DNA of 64,000 bases, taken from contig NC_135896.1 of assembly GCF_964194155.1 (NCBI RefSeq), positions 94,488,001 through 94,552,000 of the forward strand, written 5' to 3'. Positions 37,363 to 49,200 of this stretch are shown here, piece after piece (positions within the stretch are counted from its first letter, which is position 1; the number at the start of each line of letters is the position of its first letter). The notes below the pieces were generated by a model. That model saw only the letters and a list, made by a program, of their open reading frames with translations, was not told where the DNA came from and made no database searches. Made by a program: the position numbers and the translations under genes. The stretch is from Cetorhinus maximus. Lineage: Eukaryota.

Positions 37363-39374
37363 ACTTGTTAGAAGGTCAGTGAGATTGCTTGTGGAGACCT
37401 TCAGTCATATATAACTTGGGACTAGATGAAGGTATTCAGCATTTATGCTTCTATTTTTCAATCCCTTATCCACCAGCAGAATTGTACATCGAGTTTTTGC
37501 TTGGTCACCAAATCTGCTACCCTCTGGTTCTTTTGCTATTACCTTAATTCAGTGTGGCGGCAGAAGGATCAGTAACCAGAAACTATTTCCCCTTATTTAT
37601 CCTTCAAGATTTTGAACACCTCTATTAAATCTACCCTTAACTTTCACTGCTTTAAGGAGAACAACCCTAGCTTCTCTCATCTCCCAACTTAACCAAAGTT
37701 CCTCATGTCTGGTACTATTTTAAATGTGGCTATTAAAATTTATAATGTAAAAAGTTTGCAGGGCGTAATTGTAGATGTGAGAACATAAGAAAGAGGAGCA
37801 TGAACAGGCCATTCAGCCCTTCGAGCCCACTCCGCCATTCAATGAGATCATGGCTGATCCTCTACTTCATTTTCCTGCCCTATCCCGTATCCCTTGATGT
37901 TTTTAATATGTAGAAATCTATCGGTCTTAGTCTTGTATACACGCAACGATTAAGCCTCCACTGGGCAGTGAATTCCAAAGATTCATCACTCTCTGAGTGA
38001 AGAAATCCCTTCTCATCTCAGTCCTGAATAGCCTGCCCCTTATTCTGAGACTCAGTCCCCTGGTCTAGACCGCCACTGTGCCCGCCCACCCCCCCCCCCC
38101 CCCCCCCCCCCCCCCCAAAAAACCAGGTGAGATACTTAATAGATTATAGGATATATAACCATTCTAGTGGGTAAAGTCACTCTTCAGTGTGTTACTATGC
38201 CAATGCAGGCCTGAAGGTCCTAGGTTTAAATCCTGGCCTGTGTTGTTAGCTGATCTGCATCAGGACAGCAGCTGCTTTGCTGCTTTCCTCAGCATCATTA
38301 GGGGGGGAGCAAAGAAAGAAGTGGTGCTTACGCCTGCTCTAAAGTGGGCATCAGTCCTGAATAGGATAGGGGCTGACTAAGAGGCAAGCTTGCATATGAA
38401 GAGTGGCTGCTTGGAAAAGATACTGAAGGACTGCCAGTACCCATGACACCAGACCTCAGCAAGAATCAGCATCTTCAAGTGAGGAAATGAGAAAAATGGC
38501 AAAACAAATTGATAAGAGTTGGCGTGAAGCTTCAAGAAGAGTTTTAAAGCCTCAGTGAAAAATAAGCTGAAGTTTTGAAATTCCAGCATATTGACTTGGA
38601 AAACCACATTGCAAGTTAAAACTGCAGAAATTTAATAAGTAATCTTACCTTGTGCTGCTCTCAGTGCTCCTCTACATGTGCTCACCTCTTCTAATATGTA
38701 TTCCTTGAGAAATTCCCACCTCCAATCACTGGCCAACTTACCTTGAGCTACTTCCCTTGTAACCTCTGGCATAGACATGGGCTGGAGTTTGCCACTCCTG
38801 AATTACAGAGCACATGTTCACATTTGGGGGTGCATGGTTTCATATGTCAATGATTCCGATTCCTTTCAAGTGAGTGTTGTTTGCAACCAGTTATGTTAAA
38901 ATTCAAAAATTGTCAAGTTTCCAATCACTTGGCCTTTTTGGTTTCTGTCAAAGTGGAATGATCAGTATTGATGAACAGTCTTGACACGTTTTCAGATGCC
39001 TGTCACCAGACTATAGTGTTGCAGGATCATTTACAATATATCTGAATTATTTCTATGTTTCAAAGCCAGTGAGGGAATAATTGAACATGGTAGCATTTAA
39101 GTAATGTACATATTACAATGAACTATGCCACACATTAGTGGAATCTGGTGTGATCACACCTGAGAATGAGAACCATCAAATAGAATCCTACTATTTTATA
39201 GCAAGAGAGGCAGCCATTTAGCCCATCTCTCGCTGAAAGCCCCATTCCTCTGCCCTTGCCCCATACCTTTTTGAAACTTTCTCTTTCAAATGTTCACCCA
39301 TTGCTCTGTCATTATGGATCCTGCTTCCTTCACTTTCTGGTAGGGCATTCCATGTCTTAGCAACTCATTATAAT

Positions 39375-39560
39375 TTGAACATTGCTGAAAAGAGAGACAT
39401 GTTGCCAAAGGTTTCACCTTTGCACTCATCAGGACAAACACAAGAATGCCAAATTTCAAACGATCAGAGCATGGCACTCTTGCATATGTCCCAATGAGTG
39501 TAAGATGAAAAGCTTCTTCAGCATGTCTCTCTTTTCATCAATATTCAAGTCCTGTACTAA
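39375..39560. mobile_element. Family-2 hammerhead-bearing element as an inverted dimer
   Basis: The minus-strand arm reads GAAATTTGGCATTCTTG..GTCCTGATGAGTGCAAAGGTGAAACC..CATGTCTCTCTTTTCAGCAAT. The plus-strand arm reads GTCCCAATGAGTGTAAGATGAAAAGCTTC..GCATGTCTCTCTTTTCATCAAT. Both are homologous to 34905-34986. Confidence 0.75.
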
Positions 39561-40039
39561 GCAACTGTAATTAAATAATTCTACCAACTCTTCTGTTGGT
39601 GATGATTTTTATGCCCTTTCATTATAAGTTCATTGACCAGTAGAAAAATAGTTTTGTCTCTTCTAGCTCATCAAAACCCCTCAATTTGAACACTTCTATC
39701 AGATCTTCATAATACCGAGAGATTTAGCTGAGCTAAAAAGGAAGAACTATTTCTATTCTGTTTCTGGTGGATAGTGCACCACACTTCAATTTCTCCAGCT
39801 CCTCATAATTGAAGTCGCTTACTCATCATGTCTTTGTGATTCTCATCTGCAACCTCTCCAGGGTCTTGACATCTTCCCTGAAGTAAGGCACCCAAAGTTG
39901 AATGTAATATTCCAACAATAGCCTAACCGGTTTCTTCTGTCAGTTCAATATTTACTCTTTTGGCTTTATACTCTGTACCCCTTTCATAAAATCCCCTAGT
40001 CTTTATTTAACCAGCTGAAGTGTCTGTCCTCTAATCCTA

Positions 40040-40448
40040 CAGATACTGTGTTTCAAATCTGGCTATCTGAAAACCGGTGATGTCTGAAAGCTGGACATTT
40101 TTTAAAGCTGCCATCACCTGACTTTTCCCTCCTCACCGGTGTCTCTGGTCTAACTGCATGACTGGGAAATTCCTTGCAACTGCTCCCAATCCACCAAGAA
40201 GTGTAGCAGGAACCCCAATCACGTGCTTCTGCCACCGTTCTAACACTGATGGATCTAAAGCAGCTCCAAAGGATTTCCTGGGCTTATCTTGCAGCATTAT
40301 CTCTATTTCTTTCAAAACTGTCCTTAGTAACCCTTGTTTGAAAAACGTACCCTCGGAACACCCCACATGCCTGAACCGAAAACCTGCAACATCCGAAATC
40401 TGGCGTGGACTGGGTCCCAAGGTTGCCAGTTTTGAGACACTGTACTTG
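40040..40448. mobile_element. Tc1/mariner (Tigger-like) MITE
   Basis: TA|CAGATACTGTGTTTCAAATCTGGC ... GCCAGTTTTGAGACACTGTACTTG|TA: 24-bp imperfect TIRs with TA duplication. Confidence 0.7.
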
Positions 40449-41299
40449 TACTTAAAATTTTACCACTTGATGTACATTTTCTTATCCCTCCTCCCAAAAT
40501 GTATCACTTGGATTTCTGTTAAGTTTCAATCTGATGTCCATTTGACCAATGCGCCAAATTGTCATGAACTCAAAGTACCCCATATTTTTATGTTGATATT
40601 GTGACCATTACACCCTAGTCCAGATGAAAAGTAGTCCCAACACCAACACCTGGGATGACTACTGTTTAAATCCCCTAAAATTGTAAAACACTCAGAAGGC
40701 ATGACTCTTTTCTGTCCACCAGCTTCTTATTCACTCTGCCATGCTTGCTTTCATATTGTGTGCCTTAATTTTATCACCAAGCCTCCTTCAAATGCCTTTT
40801 GAACACAACACCAATGGCATCTCCTTCATTAACACATTCCACTGTATCCTCAAATAGTTCTTAAATTTGTCACCACTTGTCCTTTACAAATTCATCCAAC
40901 TGCCCTTAGTTAACCCTGATGTGTTTAACTATGAGTATTCATTTTATCCAGAATCCCAGAACCCTGTCTGCCACTGACATTGTGCTGACTGGCCTATAGT
41001 TACCTGATTTATCCCTTTCTCTTACAGGACAGAGCATGTTACATTGGCAACCCTTCTAGTGGTATAACCTCCATTTTCAAGGATATTTGAAATATTTCCT
41101 CTCTGAGCATACCAGGCTATATGCCAAAAGAGCCCAGCTTCTTTTCCAGTTTTTTAGTTCCATCAATTTTCTTTCAGTGCTCATTCTTAATCTGTAGTTA
41201 TCCCCAATTACTCTACCTTTTTTCATCCATTTGATCTGTGAAAACCAAGACAAAGTATTCGATAATACTTCTCCTATTCGATCATTCCCATAATATTTC

Positions 41300-41418
41300 A
41301 AAGGTTACGGGGAGAAGGCGGGAGAATGGGGTTGAGAAACTTATCAGCCATGATTGAACGGCGGAGCAGACTCGATGGGCCGAATGGCCTAATTTCTGCC
41401 CCTATGTCTTATGGTCTT
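41300..41418 (+). mobile_element. Young, extremely 5'-truncated CR1 3' end
   Basis: CpGs are retained, the tail is TCTTATGGTCTT, and the TSD ATAATATTTC lies at 41290-41299 and 41419-41428. Confidence 0.8.
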
Positions 41419-43193
41419 ATAATATTTCCTTCAACAATTTGCTGTACTCTCTTCAACTTATTTCTTTTACTTTTTACTTGCAGATAAAGTTATTTGTTAT
41501 CTGACAGCCTGTCTTCATATCTCCTTTATAGTTATTCTAATCTGCACTGCCCCTCTAAACCTAGTTTTCTTTGTGTAAATACCTCAGGATTTGTTTTATG
41601 TTTCTTTAAGTCATTTTAATTCCTCTGCTTATCCAAGGAACTCTAGCTTCTGCTGCACACCTTCAGTTCAAGCAGGATTACGTCCGGTTCTGGAGCTCAA
41701 CTGCGTAAATGTGGTGGAGAGAGTTTTCACCTGTGCCGCACCTTAGTGCCCAGTCTGATTGTTGTGAATATCTGGAAATGGATCACCAGGTTCAGGTAGT
41801 GCATAGCTTGCGAGTCCCAAGAAGCAACAGCAGGATGAGGGAGGGGGTGTTGTGGGGGAGGAGAGTCTTGATCTTAATGTAAGCTTTCAACAATTTATCA
41901 CTTAGCCTAGAATGAACTTGAAAACTCTACACCACTACTAATGAGTGCTAGAATCACCGTGACAGTAAGTAAAACACAATTTTATCATTGATAATGCCGC
42001 GAATTGTGCAATGTTTATGCGCCAATTTTTCTGTGGTGTGATTATAATTTCACTCATAGTCTTGGCATTCCAAGTACGCTATTATGAAACTATAATTAGT
42101 AAGTACTTTTTTAATGATTGGATTTAGCACATTTTTCTCTTGAAAGAAAGCTGAAATTTATATGTCAGAAAACTCCAAGTGCAAATCAGATGAAACCGTT
42201 CATTAGACAAAAATCTGAGAAATTACTTTTTTACCTTTTACAATGATTCCGTTCATTGTAGAAGGGACACTTCTCTGTGTTAATTAAGTGGTTTTAACTT
42301 TTAATATCGATTGGAGCGTTGTGTTTAATTCTGGGCACCGCACTTTAGGAAGAATTTCATACTCTTGGAAAGGGTCCAGAGGCATTTGAGTGCCTTTCAT
42401 GGTACCAGTAATGAAAGACATCAGTTATGTGGAGAGACTAGAGGAACTGGGTTTTCCTTAGATCAAGAAAGTTTTACAGGAAGATTTGATAGAGGTCTTC
42501 AAAATCTCGAAGAGTTTTTATAGAGTAAGTGAGGAGAAAATGTTTCCAGTAGCCAGGTTTAAAACAACTGGGAAAGGAATCAGAGACGAGATAAGGAAGG
42601 TAAAAAACAGGCAGTAAATAAAAAGGGCGGTGGAAGCAGATTCAATAAAACTTTGAAAAAGGAATTGGATAAATATTTGGGGGAAAAAATTGCTGGGCAA
42701 TGGGGAAAGAGGGATTAATTGAATAGATTTTTTCAAAGAGGTGGCACAGGTGCGATGGGACAAATGGCCTCCTTCTGAGCTATGTTATTCTATGATGTTA
42801 TGAACTGGCCTGTAATTATCTGGATATACCCTACTTTTTTAATGGGCATGAGATTGGCTCCTCTTCAGTCCTCCCATGCACGCTCACTTTCATTTGAACC
42901 CTAAAATATAATTACTTGGGCCTCCACTATTTCCTCATCCATTACATCAGGATCCTTGGATGTACAACATCAGGTCCTGGCACATTGCCCTCCTTTAACA
43001 GAGCTAACACTTTTATTTATTATAATGTCCAATCAGAATTTACCTCTTCCTCCATTGATCACTGTGTGTTTACCCTGGTTGAAGAGAAGTACCACAATTT
43101 ACACTTATTCTCAACTAACTCACTACTCTCTTAAGGGACTCACCTTACATTCGCTGATCTTTATTCAGAATACTTCACAGTTTTAATATTTTT

Positions 43194-43416
43194 AATAAAA
43201 ACAAAATACGGCGGATGCTGAAAACCTGAAAGAAGAACAGAAAATGCTGGAAAAACTCAGCAGGTCTGATAACATCTGCGGAGAGAGAAACAGAGTTAAC
43301 GTTTCGAGTCCGTATGACCCTTCTTCAGAGTCATACGGACTCAAAACGTTAACTCTGTTTCTCTCTCCACAGATGCTGTCAGACCTGCTGAGTTTTTCCA
43401 GCATTTTCTGTTTTTG
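43194..43416. mobile_element. Palindromic short Penelope-derived element (family 1) with a canonical hammerhead core on the minus strand
   Basis: TSD TTTAATATTTTT (43182-43193 and 43417-43428). The minus strand from 43328 to 43294 reads CTGAAGA-A-GGGTC-ATACG-GACTC-GAAACGTTAAC. Confidence 0.85.
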
Positions 43417-43545
43417 TTTAATATTTTTGAGATACTCTCTCCTTGCTCACCACATCCTTTCTCTTTACAAATTTTCTTATTTTGATGGTACCCGTAGACC
43501 CCATAATTCTATACCTTTCAATTTCTTTGTTTATAATCTCTATAT

Positions 43546-45390
43546 GAGGGATTCCCAAACTGTGGGTCATGACACCCAGTGATTTCACGGGATGGAATGT
43601 TGGGATTGTGAGCTCCAAGGGTGTAATGGCAGCCATGGAGCAGATGCTCTGTTGGGAAAGTCCAGGTTCCGAGGTCACATGCTATGCGCACCCGATTCCT
43701 ATTTTTCCCAGCTCACAGTTCACTGGAAGGGGAGAGGAGGTGAACCTTCAAGTGCCCCCATGCATGACAGGATCACATTAATCAAGGGGACTCTTGGCTG
43801 GAAGATCAGTAAGTGGGGGAAGGAGGTCATGCTACAATTGAAGGGGCGGGGGCGAGGGGATGGGGTCAGCAAGTATAGCCTCAGTGTGCAGAAAGTTCCA
43901 GAACTCCTCATTAGCATGGTGCTTCTGTAACCTGGAGCTGAACATATGAAAGTCAATTACCAGCAACTTGCAGCTCACGCCAAGGACACTTTTTTTATTA
44001 AAAACAAAAAGCTAAAAGCTACTGCGGATGCTGGAAATCCAAAACAAAAACAGAATTACCTGGAAAAACTCAGCAGGTCTGGCAGCATCGGTGGAGAAGA
44101 AATCAGTTAACGTTTCGGGTCTTCATGACCCTTCGGCAGAACTGAGTATAGTTAGGAGAAAAGTGAAATATAAGCTGGTCTAAGGTGGGGGGGGCGGGGG
44201 GAGAGAGAAGTTGAGGGTGTGGTGATTGTGGAGATAAGCAAGCAGTGATAGGAGCAGATAATCAAAAGATGTCACAGACAAAAGGATCAAAAAGGTGTTG
44301 AAGGTGGTGATATTGTCTGAGAAAAGTGCTAATTAAGAATGGAAGACAGGATACTCAAGGTACAGCTCTAGGTTGAGGGTGTGGTGCGGTCTCCTCTACA
44401 TTGGAGAGACCAAACGCAAACTGGGCGATCGCTTTGCAGAACACCTGCGGTCTGTCCGCAAGAAAGACCCAAACCTCCCTGTCGCTTGCCATTTTAACAC
44501 TCCACCCTGTTCTCTTGCCCACATGTCTGTCCTTGGCTTGCTGCATTGTTCCAGTGAAGCCCAATGCAAACTGGAGGAACAGCACCTCATCTTCCGACTA
44601 GGCACTTTACAGCCTTCCGGGCTGAATATTGAATTCAACAACTTTAGATCTTAAACTCCCCCTCCCCCCATCCCCACCCCGTTTCTCCCCCTCCCCTTTT
44701 TTTTCAATAATTTATATAGATTCTTCTTTTCCCACCTATTTCCATTATTTTTAAATCTAAAACTAAAACTTTTTTAGTCTTTCCACCCCACCCCCACTAG
44801 AGCTGTACCTTGAGTATCCTGTCTTCCATTCTTAATTAGCACTTTTCTCAGACAATATCACCACCTTCAACATCTCTTTGATCCTTTTGTCTGTGACATC
44901 TTTTGATTATCTGCTCCTATCACTGCTTGCTTATCTCCACAATCACCACACCCTCAACTTCTCTCTCCCCCCGCCCCCCCACCTTAGACCAGCTTATATT
45001 TCACTTTTCTCCTAACTATACTCAGTTCTGCCGAAGGGTCATGAAGACCCGAAACGTTAACTGATTTCTTCTCCACCGATGCTGCCAGACCTGCTGAGTT
45101 TTTCCAGGTAATTCTGTTTTTGTTTTACACTTTTTTTATTCCAAATTTCTACCTCCATGATTTTTATATGTTTAAAGTTAAATGATGAAATATTGAAGGT
45201 TACTATCCTGCTGTTTTATTTCGGTGCCACCCACCATGCTCGACAAGTGAAGGCCACCCTCCCCCACTCAACAACTGAAGGCCAACCTCTGCTTAACAAC
45301 TCTCATATACCCCAAATTTTCACTCTGGGATCACATCCAGTCTGAGGCATTACAATGGGGTCACACTAGGAAAAGGTTTGGGAAGCACTG
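43546..45390. mobile_element. hAT (Charlie-like) MITE hosting the 44.0-45.1 kb Penelope insertion
   Basis: Ends GAGGGATTCCCAAAC / GTTTGGGAAGCACTG; 8-bp TSD CTCTATAT (43538-43545) / CTCTAAAT (45391-45398). Confidence 0.75.
44000..45126. mobile_element. Penelope-like retroelement remnant with GIY-YIG fragment and ~330-bp inverted pseudo-LTRs
   Basis: Arms ~44041-44371 and 44797-45126. ORF 44373-44654 reads CGLLYIGETKRKLGDRFAEH...GTLQPSGLN. 14-bp TSD ACACTTTTTTTATT at 43986-43999 and 45127-45140. Confidence 0.93.
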
Positions 45391-45464
45391 CTCTAAATTC
45401 ATGGCAATACAAGATTTGAACGATTCTTTTTGTATGGCGTAGCTCACTGCTTAAGGGCACTTCC

Positions 45465-46220
45465 TGCCAGGCAATGACCATCTCCAACAAGAGAGAATCC
45501 AACCATCGCCCCTTGATGTTCAATGGCATTACCATCACTCAATCCCCCACTATCAACATCCTGGGGGTTAGTATTGACCAGAAACTGAACTGGACTAGCC
45601 ATATAAATACTGTGGCTACAAGAGCAAGTCAGAGGCTAGGAATCCTGTGACGTGTAACTCACCTCCTGACTCCCCAAAGCCTTTCCACCATCCACATGGT
45701 ACAAGTCAGGACTGTGATGGAATACTCCCCACTTGTCTGGATGAGTGCAGCTCCCACAACACTCAAGAAGCTTGACATCGTCCAGGACAAAGCAGCCCAC
45801 TTGATTGGCATCACATCCACAAACATTCACTCCCTCCACAGACACACAGTGGCAGCAGTGTGTACCAACTACAAGATGCACTGCAGGAATTCACCAAGGC
45901 TTCTTCGACAGCACCTTCCAAACCCACGACCACTACCACCTAGAAGGACAAGGGCAGCAGTAGATGGGAACAGCACCACCTGGAAGTTCCCGTCCAAGTC
46001 ACTCACCATCCTGACTTGGAAATATATCGCCGTTCCTTCACTGTTGCTGGGTCAAAATCCTGGTACTCCCTTCCTAAGAGCACTGTGGGTGTACCTACAC
46101 CACATGGACTGCAGCGATTCAAGAAGGCAGCTCATCACCACCTTCTCAAGGGCAACGAGGAATGGGCAATAAATGCTGGCCCAGCCAGCGACGCCCATAT
46201 CCCATGAATGAATTAAAAAA
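45465..46220 (+). mobile_element. CR1-superfamily LINE 3' portion (same family as 13652-14580; further 3' fragments at ~23480-23785, 47010-47400, 47950-48270, 60230-60915, 62240-62690)
   Basis: QVRTVMEYSPLVWMSAAPTTLKKLD peptide and the shared 3' end GGGCAATAAATGCTGGCC..CGCCCATATCCCATGAATGAAT-A-rich. Confidence 0.82.
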
Positions 46221-49200
46221 AATTTAGGAATTCCATTTCTTTTTCTCCAATTACTCCAGCCCTGCCACAATCAATCATAGAACCTTATAGTACAGAGCAG
46301 GACGTTTTGGCCCATCATGCTTGTGTTAGCCCTTTGAAAGAGCTGTCCAATTTAGTCCCATACACTTACCTTTACTAATGAATCCTCAAGTATATGTCCA
46401 ATTGCCTTTTGAAGGTTCCTAGAGAGTCTGATTCCAACACTCTCGTAGATAGTGTTCTGTGCGAAATAATTTCTCCTCTTTGCCCCTCTAATTCTTTTGC
46501 CAATTAAATCTTGTCACCTACCCATTTGCTATAGGAAATAAATTCTCCCTACATGTTCTATAAAAACACCTCATAATTTTGAATGCCGCTCTCATTTAAG
46601 GAGAACAATCTCAGCTTCTCCAATCTCTCCACATTACTGAACTTCCTCCTCCTTGGTACCACCCTGGTAAACCTCCTCTGAACCTTCGCCAAGACCTTGA
46701 CATTGTTCCTTAAGCATGGTGCCCAGAATTGTACACAATACTTCAGCTGAGGCCTGGCCTAGTCAATAACTTGTAGAGGTTTTGCATGACTTCCATATTT
46801 TTGTATCCAATGTGCCTGTTTACAGAGCCTAGTATTCCACACACTTTCTGGACTCCATTATCAACTTGCCCTTCCACATTCAAGGATCTGTGAAAAAGGA
46901 GCCCCAGGTCCTTCTGTTCTTGCACCTTCCTCAACATAGTAGCATTTAGATTATACTGCCTCTCCATATTGCTTCTCCCAAAATGCATCACTTCACACAT
47001 TTTTTTATTCATTCTTGGAACGTGGGCATCGCTGGCTAGACCAGCATTTATTGCCCATCCCTAATCGCCCTTGAGAAGATGGTGGTGAGCTGCCTTTTTG
47101 AACTGCTGCAGTCCATGTGGTGTAGGTACACCCACAGAGCTGTTAGGGAGGGAGTTCCAGGATTTTGACACAGCGACAGTGAACGAACGTCAATATAGTT
47201 CCAAGTCATGATGGCTTGCCAGTGGTGCAGTTTCCATGTATCTGCTGCCCTTGTCCTTCTAAGTAGCAAAGGTCATGGGTTTGGAAGGTGCTGTCTCAGG
47301 AGCCTTGGTGAGTTGCTGCAAAGCGTTTTGTAGATGGTACACACCGCTGCCACTGTGTGTTGGTGGTGGTGGGAGTGAATGTTTAAGGTGGTGGGTGGGA
47401 TTGATCACGCAGACTGCATTAGCTTGCATCAGCCATGTACCTGACCATTTAAGCCATTTATCCATGTCCTCCTGAACTCTGCTTCTATCCTGCTCACTAT
47501 TTACTATGCTGCCATTGTAACATTCGCAAACTTTGAAATTGCTCCTCTTACCCAAGTCTAGGCCATTTATATATAAGAAAGTAATTATCCTAATGCCAAC
47601 TTCTTGAGGAGTCCTTTGCATACTTCTCTCCAATCAGAAAAACATCCGTGAACTACAATCTGGCCCCTATCATTTAATGTCCCCGTGTTACCATCATCCC
47701 TTGAATACTATGTGCTTCATTGCAATATTTAAACCAGATGGATTTTGATTTTGCATAAATAAGTTTGTTATCCGGTACTTTATCAGGTGCCTTTTGAGTG
47801 TTCATATGTACAACATGGCACACCAGCTTCATCAACCCTTGCTTTTATGCCATCAAAGAAATCAATCAGGTTAGACAATTTGTCTTTATTCAAGGAATGA
47901 TCAGTTAAAATCATCTCCTCTCCTCAATCTATCTACAGATTTTTTTTTTTTACAGATTCGTTCACCGGGTGTGGACATCGTTGGCTATGGCCATCATTTA
48001 TTGCCCATCCCTAATTGCCCTTGAGGAGGTGATGGTGAGCTACTTTCTTGAACTGCTGCAGTCCAGGTAGTGTAGGTACACAGTGCTGTTAGGGAGGGAG
48101 ATCCAGGCTTTTGACCCAGTGACAGTGAAGGAACGGCGATATATTTCCAAGTCAGGATGGCGTGTGGCTTGGAGGGGAACTTGCCAGTGGTGGTGTCCCC
48201 ATGTATCTGCAGCTCTTGTCCTTCTAGATGGTAGAGGTTGCGGGTTTGGAAGGTGCTATCAAAGGACACTTGGTGGAGATGATGTAATCTTTCATGTGCT
48301 GAGTTCTGATGACATCTACTGGCAGTAAAAGGACAAGGATGCAGTCACAGGAAGCATTGAGTCTGTTATGTTGTGATTCATATCCTGAATTCAGAACTTC
48401 CTACAGTTCCATTATTTGCGTGCCTCACGCTGATGCCTAAATATGGAATTGATTTCTTTGTTGTATCAACTTGAGTTTAATACATGAAGAAGAGTTTTTC
48501 CTCCTGCATTTTCCTCAAATAATTAGTGGATCAGCAATATGCCACCACTAATGTAACAGCCCCTATTTTGTCATAGATCTCTAACTACATTGACTCTTTT
48601 TATTTATGTATTTCCCTTGTCTATTTCTGCTGTTCTTACTTGCTCGATACAATTGATTTTATTTTCCCTGCCCTTTTCTTCATAGCCTACATTATTCTTT
48701 ACTTCTCCATTACCTCTTTTGCCAGTTCATTAGCTCTTCTCTTTGAAATGTGACCAGTCCTTGCACAAAGCATTCATCTTCCACAAAACTAGTATGTGCT
48801 GCACTCAAGAATGGGAAACACTAGCTTGATATCAGACATTTGTGATACACAGAGTGCAGGGGGCCATGCGGAAAATAACAATGTTTAGACTTCAGCCAGT
48901 CAGCTCCCATGAGATAAGTCAACTGCTCCCAGTAAATCACAACTGGCCACAGCCAATGTTGGCCAACTGATTTCCAGTTGGATTTCCCAGTCATTCCAGC
49001 TGCTCCCAGTGCATATTGGTTATTCCAGGTAGAGACCGGTTAGGTATTGTTGCAGTTTTTGACCGGTTTCAAATGGTTTTTGCTTCTGGTGCCAATGCTC
49101 CATAAAATGGAAACCCTATTCCTGATGTAACTCCTGTAGCCATGTGTTAAGATTCCTAATCTTCCCAACTTTTCTTATTCTAGCATGGGGTTGGGGAGAA

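Noticed and set aside
38087-38116. ~30-nt poly-C run
   Set aside because: A simple homopolymer at the end of a CR1 fragment; its length may be a sequencing artefact and no function can be supported.
38640-38750. Two minus-strand AAG|GTAAG donor-like sites suggesting hidden exons
   Set aside because: No recognisable peptide or consistent acceptor and frame. No convergent PLEK2 3' exons were found between 35 and 58 kb.
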